A stretch of DNA of 64,000 nt from Pyrinomonadaceae bacterium (GCA_041940425.1 JBGTSF010000015.1:5076-69075), one strand, 5' to 3'. Numbered from the stretch's first letter, positions 17,654 to 28,029 are shown. Notes: generated by a model not told the origin, from the letters alone. A program made the numbers and translations.

Positions 17654-19828
17654 CTACCTCTGAATCTGGTATTGCGACGATGCGGCAATTAAATAAACGG
17701 CGGTTTTTACGCGTAAAGCCGGATTGTCTGCCGGAACTGCGGTAACCGCTGTAATGATTGCGGCGCGATGCTCGGCTGAAAGCGCACCGTGCATCATTTT
17801 ATTATTTAAGAAATCCAAAAGCTGATTGCCTGACGAATCGTTTGCGGCAAACGGAATCGCTTCGCTGAAATCAAGCGATGTTCCGCGCAGTGAATCCGTC
17901 GCGTTCGGAGGCAATGCTTCAAAAACGAATACATGCAGAAAATTTGTGCGGCTGATTCCGGTGTTCGTGTTCAGAAGCGCGAATTCCGGCGCGTTAACCG
18001 TCGTGCCGGGAACGACGAAATCGGGCGGATAATAATTGAAAACGGTCGGCGAATTGAAAGTATTCTGTCCCATCTTATTAATCCAGTAACTCAAACCGCC
18101 GTCGGTCTGTGTTTGACCGTCGGCTGATCTTGCCGGAAAGATTCTGCCGAGATTTGTGATTAATTGCGCCGGTTCGCGCAATTTTCCGTAACGCGGAGCG
18201 GTTTTCAAATTGCCACGAGCTTCCGGGTCGAGCAGGATCGCTCGAATGACGGCTTTCATATCGCCCCGAATGTTTTGACCGCTGTTGACAAAAACTTCCG
18301 CCACACGCTCGACGTAAGCGGGCGAAGGATCGCTCGTTACGAGATGCTGAATCAGCACACGGCTGACATACGGCGGCAGGTTCGGATGATAAAAAATATT
18401 ATCCAACGCATGTTTGAGCGATGTTTCCGCATATTCGATTCTCTGCTCGTCAGTTGTGCAGTTTTGACAAGCTGGAATCGTTTGATGAACGGCGTTCGGA
18501 TAATTTAAAAGTTGCTTTTCACTCAAATCGTGATTTGCCGGAAAAAGAATCATCGGGTCTTTGTAGTTGACTAACCCGGGTTCGCCGTTCGGACAACTCG
18601 CGCCGGCGCAAAACGACCATCCGGTAAAGACTTTTGAAAAATTGTTGATGGTTTCTTGATCGAATGTCGGAATCGGATTATTGTTTGCGTCGCGCTGGAG
18701 CGTTCCGTCCTGATTAAGACGGAAAAGTCCGATAGTGAATAGCTGTAAAATTTCGCGCGGATAATTTTCATTCGGATTGTTTCGGGTGCTTCGCGCCATA
18801 TCGAGATAGCTGCCCATCGCCGGATTGAGCGTAACGTGATACATCAGATCGCGGTAATTGCCGAAAGCGTTCTGTGAAAGAATTTTGTGATAGGCGATCA
18901 TATGGCTTGACTGCTGAACGCCGATGCCGGACGTAACCCAAATCTGGCTTAAAGCCCACGCTATGCGGTGTCTTAATTGAGCGTCGCCGTAGAACGCTTC
19001 TTTAAAAAACCATTGCTGGACGGGCTGCATCGTGTATCTTTCGCGGTAGCAAACCGGATTGGTATTGGGCGAACAACCGCTCGGCGGATTCGTCGGCATC
19101 GAAGGAATGTCAGGATAAGGAATTGTCGGATATGTCGAATTAAATTGCTCGGCAAGCCATACCCGCAAACCGGTTCTTCTGATGCGTTGGTCGAGCGCGC
19201 TTGTCGGACCGAATGTCGCCTGTTCCAAAAATCGGATTCTATCGCCCGACCAAAGATAACCCGCGTAATCGTCTCCGCCGGGAATTTCGGAAGATTTCGC
19301 CGGTTCGGAATTTAGAAATTTCGGATATTTGATTTCTCCGCCGCGACTTCCAAGTGAGATTTTGAGGGCGTTGCTGACAAGTCCGCGCCATGTCAGATAG
19401 ATCAGCGATTCGCCGTCCGCTTTCGGCTGACCGCGATAGCCGTTTGCATCGCGCAGGCGGACTTTTAAGGCGTATTCGGTTTCGCCGATTCGAATCAATT
19501 CATCGGTTTGAAGTTCGAAAATATTACCGCTTTTTTGATATAGATAAACCCGAAAAGCGTTTACGCCTTCTTTTTCCATCAATTCGACGTTTGTGAAAAA
19601 AAGCGTGATAAAATTTCCCGTTTGAAATATCTCTTCGGAAACGTCGGGAATTTTCCCGCGCCAGTTTTTGCTGTTGACTGCCAGAACTTTTTCCGAATCG
19701 CTATGGCTCAAAAGCACCGGCGTCGGCGAGTTAGGATTCGGGTCGGATTCGGCAAATATTTTTACGGAAAATAGCAGTGTTAAAACAATAAAACCTTTTA
19801 AAAGAAATTTTTTCATATCGATCTCCAA
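17654..19828 (-). CDS. DUF1800-family secreted protein with an N-terminal extra domain
   Basis: Signal peptide, an N-terminal region of about 200 aa, then the DUF1800 hallmark RFLEQATFGP and a conserved body. Confidence 0.8.
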   Translation of the reverse strand: MEIDMKKFLLKGFIVLTLLFSVKIFAESDPNPNSPTPVLLSHSDSEKVLAVNSKNWRGKIPDVSEEIFQTGNFITLFFTNVELMEKEGVNAFRVYLYQKSGNIFELQTDELIRIGETEYALKVRLRDANGYRGQPKADGESLIYLTWRGLVSNALKISLGSRGGEIKYPKFLNSEPAKSSEIPGGDDYAGYLWSGDRIRFLEQATFGPTSALDQRIRRTGLRVWLAEQFNSTYPTIPYPDIPSMPTNPPSGCSPNTNPVCYRERYTMQPVQQWFFKEAFYGDAQLRHRIAWALSQIWVTSGIGVQQSSHMIAYHKILSQNAFGNYRDLMYHVTLNPAMGSYLDMARSTRNNPNENYPREILQLFTIGLFRLNQDGTLQRDANNNPIPTFDQETINNFSKVFTGWSFCAGASCPNGEPGLVNYKDPMILFPANHDLSEKQLLNYPNAVHQTIPACQNCTTDEQRIEYAETSLKHALDNIFYHPNLPPYVSRVLIQHLVTSDPSPAYVERVAEVFVNSGQNIRGDMKAVIRAILLDPEARGNLKTAPRYGKLREPAQLITNLGRIFPARSADGQTQTDGGLSYWINKMGQNTFNSPTVFNYYPPDFVVPGTTVNAPEFALLNTNTGISRTNFLHVFVFEALPPNATDSLRGTSLDFSEAIPFAANDSSGNQLLDFLNNKMMHGALSAEHRAAIITAVTAVPADNPALRVKTAVYLIAASSQYQIQR

Positions 19829-19971
19829 TCAAAAGACTTTCAAATTTTTGTTACGGCGAGAAAATATGTGCGGATTATGTGATTATTTATAAAGCAAAAT
19901 TGATTTATAATCAACATAAATTGAATGGCTTGGCAGTTCAATCTCTAAATCAAAAAAAAAGTTTTTAACTA

Positions 19972-20796
19972 ATGCCGGAAAAAAATAAATACAAACCTTT
20001 TGCCAAAAAATCGTTCGGGCAAAATTTTCTGGTTGATCAAAATTATATCGAGAAGATAATTTCCGCCCTAAATCCGAACAAAGATGAAACGGTGGTCGAA
20101 ATCGGAGCGGGGCGCGGCGCGTTGACAACAAAGCTGTTACAAAGCGGCGCGGACGTCATTGCCGTCGAACTCGACAACGATTTGATCCCGCTTCTCAAAA
20201 ATGAATTCGGCAATTTTGAAAATTTTCATTTGCTCGAAAACGACGCGCTGAAAGTAGATTATTCAAAACTCAATATTCAAAATTCAAAACTCAAAACAAA
20301 GTTGGTGGCGAATCTGCCGTATTACATTTCGACCGCGATCCTCCAGCATTTGATCGAACACCGCGCGAATTTTGAAAGACTCGTTTTGATGCTTCAGCGC
20401 GAAGTCGTCGAACGCATCACCGCCGAAGCTGGGAACAGGGAACGCGGATTTCTGACGGTTTTGATCGAAGCTTATTTTGAAACTGAAAAACTGTTCGATG
20501 TCCCGCCGAACGCTTTTCGTCCCGCGCCGAAAGTCTGGAGCGCAGTTATTAAATTAACTCCAAGGGAAATAGATTTTGCAGATAATGAAATACTTTTCCG
20601 CCGGCTGGTCAGCACGGGTTTTAGGCAAAAAAGAAAAACGATTTTTAATAATTTGAAAAATGAAGGTGAAATTTTGTATAACAAAGACCTCGCGGGAATT
20701 CTAAACAAAGCCGAAATTGAACTGAATCGGCGTGCCGAAACTTTGACTTTGGAAGAATGGATAAAACTAACCGAAAAAATATCCGATGCTGATTAA
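19972..20796 (+). CDS. rsmA: 16S rRNA (adenine1518/1519-N6)-dimethyltransferase
   Basis: KKSFGQNFL, VVEIGAGRGALT and NLPYYIS motifs. Confidence 0.95.
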   Translation: MPEKNKYKPFAKKSFGQNFLVDQNYIEKIISALNPNKDETVVEIGAGRGALTTKLLQSGADVIAVELDNDLIPLLKNEFGNFENFHLLENDALKVDYSKLNIQNSKLKTKLVANLPYYISTAILQHLIEHRANFERLVLMLQREVVERITAEAGNRERGFLTVLIEAYFETEKLFDVPPNAFRPAPKVWSAVIKLTPREIDFADNEILFRRLVSTGFRQKRKTIFNNLKNEGEILYNKDLAGILNKAEIELNRRAETLTLEEWIKLTEKISDAD

Positions 20797-21607
20797 ACAA
20801 ACAAAGATAAGAACAACGAAACAGAAAATTTATGAGATTGTCGAAGCCGTCGAGCATTCCGACGGTTCGGGAAAATTTTACGACTGGTTCGACATCTCGA
20901 TTCTGACATTGATCGTTTTGAACGTCATCGCCGTAATTCTGGAAACCGTCGAGGTCATTCACGAAAATTTCGCAGCCTATTTTTTCTGGTTTGAAGTTTT
21001 CTCGGTCGCGGTTTTCAGCGTCGAATACATTCTTCGCGTTTATTCCTGCACGGTTCGGGAAAAATATCAACGACCGTTCTGGGGCAGGATTAAATTTATG
21101 CTCACGCCGATGGCGATCATTGATCTGCTTGCCATTCTGCCTTTTTTCCTGACATTTTTGGCGATTGATCTGCGGTTTATCCGAACGCTCAGATTGTTCC
21201 GCCTGTTCCGTGTGATGAAACTCGTCCGCTATTCGCAGTCGCTCCTGCTTCTGGGAAAAGTTTTGCGAAATCGAAAAGAGGAAATGATCATCACCGTTTC
21301 GATTATGTTCGTTCTCGTAATTCTCACATCTTCGTTTATGTATCTGGCGGAACACGAAGCCCAGCCCGACAAATTTACCGACATACCGACCTCGATGTGG
21401 TGGGCGATCGTTACTTTGACGACGGTCGGTTACGGCGACGTTTTTCCGGTAACGCCGCTCGGAAAAGTTTTCGCGGCGGTCATCGCCGTTCTCGGAATCG
21501 GAATGTTCGCCCTTCCGACCGGAATTTTGGGCGCGAGTTTTGTCGAAGAAATTGATAAAATGAAGCAAAAACCGTGCTGTCCGCATTGCGGAAAAGAAAT
21601 AAATTAA
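20786..21607 (+). CDS. Voltage-sensor-type K+ channel (ion transport family)
   Basis: S4-like RFIRTLRLFRLFRVMKLVRY, selectivity filter TTVGYGD, C-terminal CCPHCG. Overlaps rsmA by 11 nt. Confidence 0.85.
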   Translation: MLIKQTKIRTTKQKIYEIVEAVEHSDGSGKFYDWFDISILTLIVLNVIAVILETVEVIHENFAAYFFWFEVFSVAVFSVEYILRVYSCTVREKYQRPFWGRIKFMLTPMAIIDLLAILPFFLTFLAIDLRFIRTLRLFRLFRVMKLVRYSQSLLLLGKVLRNRKEEMIITVSIMFVLVILTSSFMYLAEHEAQPDKFTDIPTSMWWAIVTLTTVGYGDVFPVTPLGKVFAAVIAVLGIGMFALPTGILGASFVEEIDKMKQKPCCPHCGKEIN

Positions 21608-21655
21608 AAAAAAGCAGGCGGAAAAATATAATAAATTTCTGCCCGTTTTAGTTTA

Positions 21656-22660
21656 TTAATCGAGTTTTTTATTCGGAAAGATCAGCGAGGCGATGACCGA
21701 CAGCGCGATCGTCGCCAGAATAAATCCCAGAGAATACGAGATCGGAAATTTACCGCCGTAGAGGTCGTTAAGAAAAACCATTTTCAAACCGACAAACACC
21801 AGCACGACCGCCAAGCCGTATTTCAGCAGATGAAATTTATCAATCACGCCCGCCAGCATAAAATACATCGAGCGGAGTCCGAGAATCGCAAAAATATTTG
21901 AAGTAAAGACGATAAAAGGTTCGTCCGTAATGGCGAAAATCGCCGGAACGCTGTCCACCGCGAAAATAATATCTGTCGCTTCTAAAAACAATAGCGCGAT
22001 AAAAAGCGGCGTGGCGCAAGTAGTGCCTCCGATCCGTGTAAAGAAATTTTTTCCTTCGAGTTTGTGCGTTATGGGCATAAACCGTTTGAAAATGCGGATC
22101 AGAAAATTTTTCTCCGGCTCGATCTTTTCGTTTCCGGCAAAAAACATCTTGATTCCGGTCAGAATCAAAAATCCGCCGAATAGATAAATAACCCAGTGAA
22201 ACTCCATCAATGCCGAACCCATGGCGATAAAGATCGCGCGGAAGACGAGCGCGCCGATGATGCCGTAAAACAAGACGCGGTGCTGGTATTTCGGCGGAAT
22301 CGCAAAATAAGCGAAAACCATCACGAAAATGAAAATGTTATCCACCGACAGAGATTTTTCGACGATGTAGCCGGTCAGAAATTCTAGCGAGACATTCCAC
22401 CCTTCCGCTTCGGCGTTAAAGCCCGGAATCGCCAGCAAGCGTTCGTCCTGCGGAAATTTCCAGAGCGAGTATTTGTATAGAATGAAATTGAAAGCAAAGG
22501 CGAGCGAGACCCAAACCGCGCTCCAGATGCTCGCTTCCTTGAATGAAACTTCGTGAGCTTTTTTATGAAAAACGCCGAGATCGAGCGCGAGCATTAAAAG
22601 AACGAAAATTAAGAAAATGCCGTAAAACCACCAATATTCGGCAAAAGGGAATAATGTCAT
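21656..22660 (-). CDS. TerC-family integral membrane protein (Alx/YkoY-like)
   Basis: 334 aa, polytopic, with TerC-like repeated halves (SVDNIFIF / AVDSVPAIF). Preceded by a Mn riboswitch-like leader. Confidence 0.85.
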   Translation of the reverse strand: MTLFPFAEYWWFYGIFLIFVLLMLALDLGVFHKKAHEVSFKEASIWSAVWVSLAFAFNFILYKYSLWKFPQDERLLAIPGFNAEAEGWNVSLEFLTGYIVEKSLSVDNIFIFVMVFAYFAIPPKYQHRVLFYGIIGALVFRAIFIAMGSALMEFHWVIYLFGGFLILTGIKMFFAGNEKIEPEKNFLIRIFKRFMPITHKLEGKNFFTRIGGTTCATPLFIALLFLEATDIIFAVDSVPAIFAITDEPFIVFTSNIFAILGLRSMYFMLAGVIDKFHLLKYGLAVVLVFVGLKMVFLNDLYGGKFPISYSLGFILATIALSVIASLIFPNKKLD

Positions 22661-22700
22661 CGAGATTTTTTTCCTCCAAAAAATTTTGTGTTTTCCGGCA

Positions 22701-22852
22701 AAAGAAAAAACCTTTTGCCGAACGAAAAATTATTCGTCGCAAAAGGTCTCGATACTCTCTCGACTGAACCGAATCGTTTCCGACTTAAAACGATTGTAAT
22801 GACGGCTTCAGTCAACCCGAATATGTTCGGGCTATCTACTCCCCTCTAATTG
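22701..22852 (-). promoter_or_regulatory. yybP-ykoY-type (Mn2+) riboswitch with an overlapping intrinsic terminator
   Basis: The minus-strand RNA carries AGAGGGGAGUAG (plus coordinates 22836-22847) and a 3-prime GAGACCUUUUGC. The CCUUUUGC segment (22746-22739) can instead pair with GCAAAAGG (22718-22711), which is followed by UUUUUU. GGAGGA precedes the TerC ATG. Confidence 0.75.
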
Positions 22853-22965
22853 TCGTCTATAAACTATCAAATGATCGGGAATTTTGTCAATTCGAAACCC
22901 GATAAAGAAAAATTCGTCTGGATTGTGATAAAATTTTCAAAATTTAGAATTTTTAGAGAGAAATT

Positions 22966-24627
22966 GTGAGCAAAGTAGAAATAATACCTCTGGGCGGCAT
23001 CGGCGAATTCGGGATGAACTGTATGGGAATTCGTTCGGGCGGCGAAATGATTCTGGTTGATGCGGGAATGGGATTTCCCGAAGAGACGCCTTACGGAATT
23101 GATATATCAATTCCGAATTTCGATTTTTTAGACGAATACAAAGACGAACTGACCGCTTTAATATTGACGCACGGACACGAAGATCATATCGGCGCGCTGC
23201 CGTATCTTTTAAAAAAATTCAATCTTCCGGTTTATCTTTCGCATTTTACGCACGGGCTGGCGGAAAGAAAACTTGACGAACACAATATGCTCGACGAAGT
23301 TTTGCTTCACAGAGTAAATCCGAACGACGTTTCCGAGATCGGAAATTTCGTGATCGAATATATACACGCTTCGCATTCGCTGGTTGATTGTTTTTCGCTC
23401 GCCATCAAAACGCCGCTCGGAACACTGATTCATACAGGCGATTACAAGATTGACGAAACGCCCGTCATTGGCAAGCCTTACGATCTCGAAACGCTGAAAA
23501 GATACGGCGACGAAGGCGTTCTGGCTCTGCTTTCGGATTCGACGAACGCGACGGTCGCGGGCAGAACGCCTTCGGAACGCGACGTGATTCCGGCGTTTGA
23601 GGAAATTTTCGCAAATGCCAAAGGCAGAATTTTCGTCTCGACATTTTCGTCTTCTTTGCACCGTTTGCAGATCGTTTTTGATGTCGCGCACGAATTCGGC
23701 AGAAAAGTCTGCGTTCTCGGTCGCTCAATGCTGAAAAATGTCGAAATTGCGGAAGAACTCGGACTGCTTAAAATTCCGTATGGAACATTGATCGGTCTTG
23801 GCGAATCGCGCGCGCTTGATTACGAAGAGATTGTTTACATGGTAACGGGTTCGCAGGGCGAATCACGCGCCGCGCTCTGGAATCTGGCGACGAATTCCTA
23901 CAAGGGGATGGAGATCGAAAAAGGCGATACCGTGATTTTATCGGCGCGGATCATTCCCGGAAATGACAAACGCATCAGCCGTCTGATTGGTCATTTATAT
24001 AAACGCGGCGCGAATATCATCGAAGAAAAACGCCGTCTGATTCACGTTTCGGGACACGCTTCGCAGGAAGACATACGGATTATGACCGAAACCGTCCGCC
24101 CGAAATACGTCGTGCCGATTCACGGCGAATACCGGATGCTTTTTCGCCACAAGGAATACATCAAAAATCACATCGCGGGTTATTCTGACGAAAATATTAT
24201 CTTGATCGAGAACGGCGATCTTCTGGAAATTGACGAATTTGGCGCGCGTATCGTTGAGAATCACGATCTCGGCAGAACCTTCATTGACGAAGAATCGCTC
24301 AAAGAAGTCGAGCACGACGTTCTCCGCGAACGCAAAAAACTCGCCTACGGCGGCGCGATCTCGCTCGTCGTAACGGTTGACAAAGAAACCAAAAAGCTTG
24401 CCGAAGAACCGCAAATTACGTTTCAAGGCGTTGCTGGAATGGATTTAACTAACGGAATTTTAGGCAGCGCGCGCCAGGCGGTTTCCGATGCCGTAAACGA
24501 AATGTCGGCGCACGACATCGGCAACACGAGCTTTTTCAAAGAAAATCTGCGGATTCATCTGAAAAGATTTTTACAGTCGGAAACCGGCACGAAGCCGGTG
24601 ATTGTAACGACGATTGTCGAGGTTTAA
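22966..24627 (+). CDS. rnj: Ribonuclease J
   Basis: GTG start; metallo-beta-lactamase HGHEDHIG; beta-CASP and C-terminal domain; 553 aa. Confidence 0.9.
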   Translation: MSKVEIIPLGGIGEFGMNCMGIRSGGEMILVDAGMGFPEETPYGIDISIPNFDFLDEYKDELTALILTHGHEDHIGALPYLLKKFNLPVYLSHFTHGLAERKLDEHNMLDEVLLHRVNPNDVSEIGNFVIEYIHASHSLVDCFSLAIKTPLGTLIHTGDYKIDETPVIGKPYDLETLKRYGDEGVLALLSDSTNATVAGRTPSERDVIPAFEEIFANAKGRIFVSTFSSSLHRLQIVFDVAHEFGRKVCVLGRSMLKNVEIAEELGLLKIPYGTLIGLGESRALDYEEIVYMVTGSQGESRAALWNLATNSYKGMEIEKGDTVILSARIIPGNDKRISRLIGHLYKRGANIIEEKRRLIHVSGHASQEDIRIMTETVRPKYVVPIHGEYRMLFRHKEYIKNHIAGYSDENIILIENGDLLEIDEFGARIVENHDLGRTFIDEESLKEVEHDVLRERKKLAYGGAISLVVTVDKETKKLAEEPQITFQGVAGMDLTNGILGSARQAVSDAVNEMSAHDIGNTSFFKENLRIHLKRFLQSETGTKPVIVTTIVEV

Positions 24628-24648
24628 CTTTTATAAATCAATAAAAAT

Positions 24649-25992
24649 ATGAAAACCGTAAAAATAATTTTCTTTATCATTTTTATTCTGGTTTTTGTTA
24701 TTTCAACCCAAAATCTTTTTGCCCAACGAACGATTCATGAAAGAGCGGAAGAAGCCGAAAACATCAGACAAAGCGGCGATACCGAAAAAGCACTCCGATT
24801 ATTGAACGATCTGATCAAAGAAGATCCGAAATTTTTCGGTCCCTTTTACAGCCGCGGTTTGATTTTTATTGAGGCTCAAAAATTCGACCAAGCCGCCGAA
24901 GATTTCACAAAAGCAATTCAATATCAGCCGGACATTCCGATTTTTTATCATTACCGCGGTTTGGCTTACGCTCAAGCCGATAAACTCGATCTGGCGGTCA
25001 AAGATTTTACAGAACTTATACGATTGGAGCCAAAAGAGGCTTCTGCTTACTCAAATCGCGGCAATGCCTACAGGATAATGAAAAAGCACGATCTTGCGAT
25101 TGCCGATCTGTCAAAAGCCATGGAACTAACGCCGGAGGATGCAGGTCTTTATTTGAAAAGAGGCTGGGTTTATTCCGACACCAAAAAGTATGAGTTAGCG
25201 ATCAAGGATTTTTCGAAAACTATCGAACTGGATTCGAAATCGGAACGGGCTTTTTTTGAAAGAGGAAATATTTATTTGATACAGAAAAAATTCGATCTTG
25301 CATTTGCCGACATCAATAAAATGATCGAAATAAATCCTAATTCGGTCAACGGATTTTCACTTCTCGGCGATTATTACGTAAAGATGGAAAATTATCGAAA
25401 AGCTCTGGAAAATTATGAAAAAGTCGCCAAACTCGCGCCGAAATTTTTCGGTAATTTTATAGATAAAAGTTTCGTTTATTTTAAACTCGAAGATTTTGAA
25501 AACGTGATAAAAGAAGCGAACAAGGCGTTGGAATTGAATCCTGAAATCGCTTTGGCGTTTAGTAATCGCGCTTACGCTTATCTGCGGCAAAACAAATTGG
25601 ATTTGGCGGAAGCGGATTTGAAAAAGGCTCTGGAACTCGATCCGAATTTGGCACTCGGTTTGAATAACCGCGGATTATTAAAAATAAAACAAAACAAACT
25701 CGAAACGGCATTGGCGGACATCGAAGCGGCAAGAAAGATAAATCCCGATCTGCCTGAAATTTATCTGAATCGCGGTTTATATTTTGCCGCGCAAAAAAAA
25801 TATAAGGAAGCATTTTCCGAATTTGATAAAGCAATCGAATTAGACCCGAAACTGGCGATCGTTTACGAAGAACGCGGAAAAGTTTTTAAACTTCTAAAAG
25901 ACGAAAAGAAATCATTAGCCGATCTGGGTAAAGCAGATGAATTGAGAAAAAAAGTTAAAGAATCATTCAATGGCGCAGACGCTCGAAAATAA
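24649..25992 (+). CDS. Secreted or membrane-anchored tetratricopeptide (TPR) repeat protein
   Basis: N-terminal hydrophobic segment followed by a run of 34-aa TPR-like repeats (A..DF.KAIEL.P). Confidence 0.8.
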   Translation: MKTVKIIFFIIFILVFVISTQNLFAQRTIHERAEEAENIRQSGDTEKALRLLNDLIKEDPKFFGPFYSRGLIFIEAQKFDQAAEDFTKAIQYQPDIPIFYHYRGLAYAQADKLDLAVKDFTELIRLEPKEASAYSNRGNAYRIMKKHDLAIADLSKAMELTPEDAGLYLKRGWVYSDTKKYELAIKDFSKTIELDSKSERAFFERGNIYLIQKKFDLAFADINKMIEINPNSVNGFSLLGDYYVKMENYRKALENYEKVAKLAPKFFGNFIDKSFVYFKLEDFENVIKEANKALELNPEIALAFSNRAYAYLRQNKLDLAEADLKKALELDPNLALGLNNRGLLKIKQNKLETALADIEAARKINPDLPEIYLNRGLYFAAQKKYKEAFSEFDKAIELDPKLAIVYEERGKVFKLLKDEKKSLADLGKADELRKKVKESFNGADARK

Positions 25993-26416
25993 AGAATTAC
26001 TTTCTAAAACAAAAATAATCATCCGACCGGAAAATTTTGCAATTATTTCGTTAGGCGAAGACGAATGGCTGAAATTATTGAGCAAACCGGAAAACTCGCC
26101 GCGAATGACCGCGCCGTTTATGATTTTTAAGGACGGTTTCGAGATCACGCTTCTGCTCGATGAAACGGATTTTGCCAATCTCGAAAATTCACTCGAAAAA
26201 CCGAAGATCGAACGCGGTTTCAGAATTTTGACTTTCGATATCGAACTCGATTTTGAATTAGTCGGCTTTCTCGCTGAAATTTCGAGAATTTTGGCGGAAG
26301 CCGGAATTTCGATCATCGCGCTGTCGTCATTTTCGCGCGATCATCTTTTGATAAAACAGGAAAATCTGGCTAAAGCGTTGAAAGCATTGGGCGAATACGT
26401 CGAGGAGCTTTGCTGA
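25970..26416 (+). CDS. Small ACT-domain-like protein
   Basis: 148 aa. The C-terminal GFLAEISRILAEAGISIIALSSFSRDHLLI resembles an ACT fold. Overlaps the TPR gene end by 23 nt. Confidence 0.5.
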   Translation: MAQTLENKELLSKTKIIIRPENFAIISLGEDEWLKLLSKPENSPRMTAPFMIFKDGFEITLLLDETDFANLENSLEKPKIERGFRILTFDIELDFELVGFLAEISRILAEAGISIIALSSFSRDHLLIKQENLAKALKALGEYVEELC

Positions 26417-26456
26417 GCAAAATTTTTTTGCAAGTAAAAATTTCAAATACGTTCTG

Positions 26457-26491
26457 AAATTGCCGACGAAAATTCGGCAATTTTTATGTTT
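26457..26491 (+). terminator. Intrinsic terminator after the ACT-like gene
   Basis: 10-bp stem, aaattgccga (26457-26466) with tcggcaattt (26474-26483), followed by a T-rich tail. Confidence 0.6.
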
Positions 26492-27179
26492 AGGGGAAAA
26501 AATTATGAATTTATTGAAATTAAAATACTTCAACCTTTTGCTGATCGGACTTTTGACGATCATTTTACAGACGAATGTGTTTGCTCAGAACCAAACTCAA
26601 TACATCGTTGTGGCGGATGAATTGGGCGATTGCCGGAATTTACGGAACGAACAATGTCTTCAGATCAGAAAACCGCACGAAAATAATTGGCGAAATCTGG
26701 ACGGCAGAATCGTAAATTTCAGATACCAGCCGGGATTTTTCTATCTGCTCGAAGTCAGAGAGATCAAATCGAGAAACCGGCGGAATAATGATTATCGGTT
26801 GGTCAGAATTCTCTATCGTGAAAGATCGGCTAACGAACCCGGCAATAATTCAAAACTCGGAAACGGGAAATGGATTTTGACAAAGATCAACGGCGTAAAT
26901 GTCAATACAAACCGCGCCTTTGTTCGATTTGAAGAAGACAAAGACCGTTTCGGCGGCAACGGCGGATGTAACGGTTTCGGCGGCGATCTGTCGGTCAACG
27001 GCTCGAATATCAATATGTCGCAGATCATTTCGACAAAAATGTATTGCGAAGGAACGTCCGATATTGAAAACAAATTTTTGATCGAACTCGAAAAAGTAAA
27101 CCGTTTTGAAATCAGAGGGAAAACTCTGCTTCTTTATAACGGCAGAAGATTGGCTTTGGAGTTGAGATCGGAAAGATAA
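26460..27179 (+). CDS. Secreted DUF4377-like plus META (HslJ-like) domain protein; probable start ATG 26505
   Basis: Signal peptide MNLLKLKYFNLLLIGLLTIILQTNVFAQ begins at 26505. META-like GGNGGCNGFGGDLSVNG. Confidence 0.7.
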   Translation: MPTKIRQFLCLGEKIMNLLKLKYFNLLLIGLLTIILQTNVFAQNQTQYIVVADELGDCRNLRNEQCLQIRKPHENNWRNLDGRIVNFRYQPGFFYLLEVREIKSRNRRNNDYRLVRILYRERSANEPGNNSKLGNGKWILTKINGVNVNTNRAFVRFEEDKDRFGGNGGCNGFGGDLSVNGSNINMSQIISTKMYCEGTSDIENKFLIELEKVNRFEIRGKTLLLYNGRRLALELRSER

Positions 27180-27204
27180 GGTCATTTATAGAAAAATAAA
27201 AAGA

Positions 27205-27257
27205 TGCCAAGTCAGCGTTTTTGAGATAAACTAAAACGCACTTGGCATTTTTTTTAT
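27205..27257 (+). terminator. Intrinsic terminator after the META gene
   Basis: atgccaagt (27205-27213) pairs with acttggcat (27241-27249), with an inner stem agcgtttt/aaaacgc, followed by tttttttt. Confidence 0.65.
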
Positions 27258-28029
27258 GAAATTCTGGAAGGACAAAGTTGTTTTTTTGACCGGCGCGTCG
27301 AGCGGCATCGGCGAGGCTCTGGCATTGGAGATGGCAAAGCGCGGCGCGATTCTCGGATTGCTGGCGCGGCGTGAATCGCTTCTGCGCGATCTGGCGGCGA
27401 AATGCGAGCGCAAGGGAACGGCGGCGCGTGAATTTCCGTGCGACATTACAGACGAATACAGCGTGCGCGACGCGGCAAACAGTTTGCGGAATGAATTCGG
27501 AAAAATAGACATTCTCATTGCCAATGCCGGAATCGGCGGCGGCACAAAACACGCCAAGGATTTGAAGCCGGAGGATTTTCGCCGCGTGATTGACACGAAT
27601 CTGGTCGGCGCGGTCAATTCCGTTTCGGCTGTTCTGCCCGATATGCTCGAACGCGGCGAAGGTCAGATCGTGGCGATTTCTTCGCTCGCCGGATTTCGCG
27701 GTCTGCCGAAATCCGCCGCCTATTCGGCAAGCAAAGCCGGAATGACCGCTTTTTTTGAAAGCGTCCGGCTCGACGTTCAAAATTCCGGCGTGAGCGTTAC
27801 GATCATTCAGCCCGGCTTTATCAAAACGCCTCTGACTGCCGGACGAAAAAACAAAATGCCTTTTCTGATGGAACTCGAAGATTCGATTCCGCTTTTTCTT
27901 CGCGCCATCGAAAAAAAGAAAAAATTTGCCGCTTTCCCGTGGCAATTGGCAACGTTCGTCCGCGCCGGACGGATGTTTCCGGCGTGGCTTTATGACCGCA
28001 TCGCCGGTAAAACAAAATACCGCGAATAG
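27256..28029 (+). CDS. Short-chain dehydrogenase/reductase (SDR)
   Basis: TGASSGIGEA cofactor motif, NAG, catalytic YSASKAG. Confidence 0.9.
   Translation: MKFWKDKVVFLTGASSGIGEALALEMAKRGAILGLLARRESLLRDLAAKCERKGTAAREFPCDITDEYSVRDAANSLRNEFGKIDILIANAGIGGGTKHAKDLKPEDFRRVIDTNLVGAVNSVSAVLPDMLERGEGQIVAISSLAGFRGLPKSAAYSASKAGMTAFFESVRLDVQNSGVSVTIIQPGFIKTPLTAGRKNKMPFLMELEDSIPLFLRAIEKKKKFAAFPWQLATFVRAGRMFPAWLYDRIAGKTKYRE

Noticed and set aside
20645-21586. 313-aa minus-strand ORF antisense to the K+ channel gene
   Set aside because: It is an arginine/asparagine-rich, low-complexity translation with no recognisable motifs. It fully shadows a plus-strand gene that has clear channel motifs. It is a typical antisense shadow ORF.
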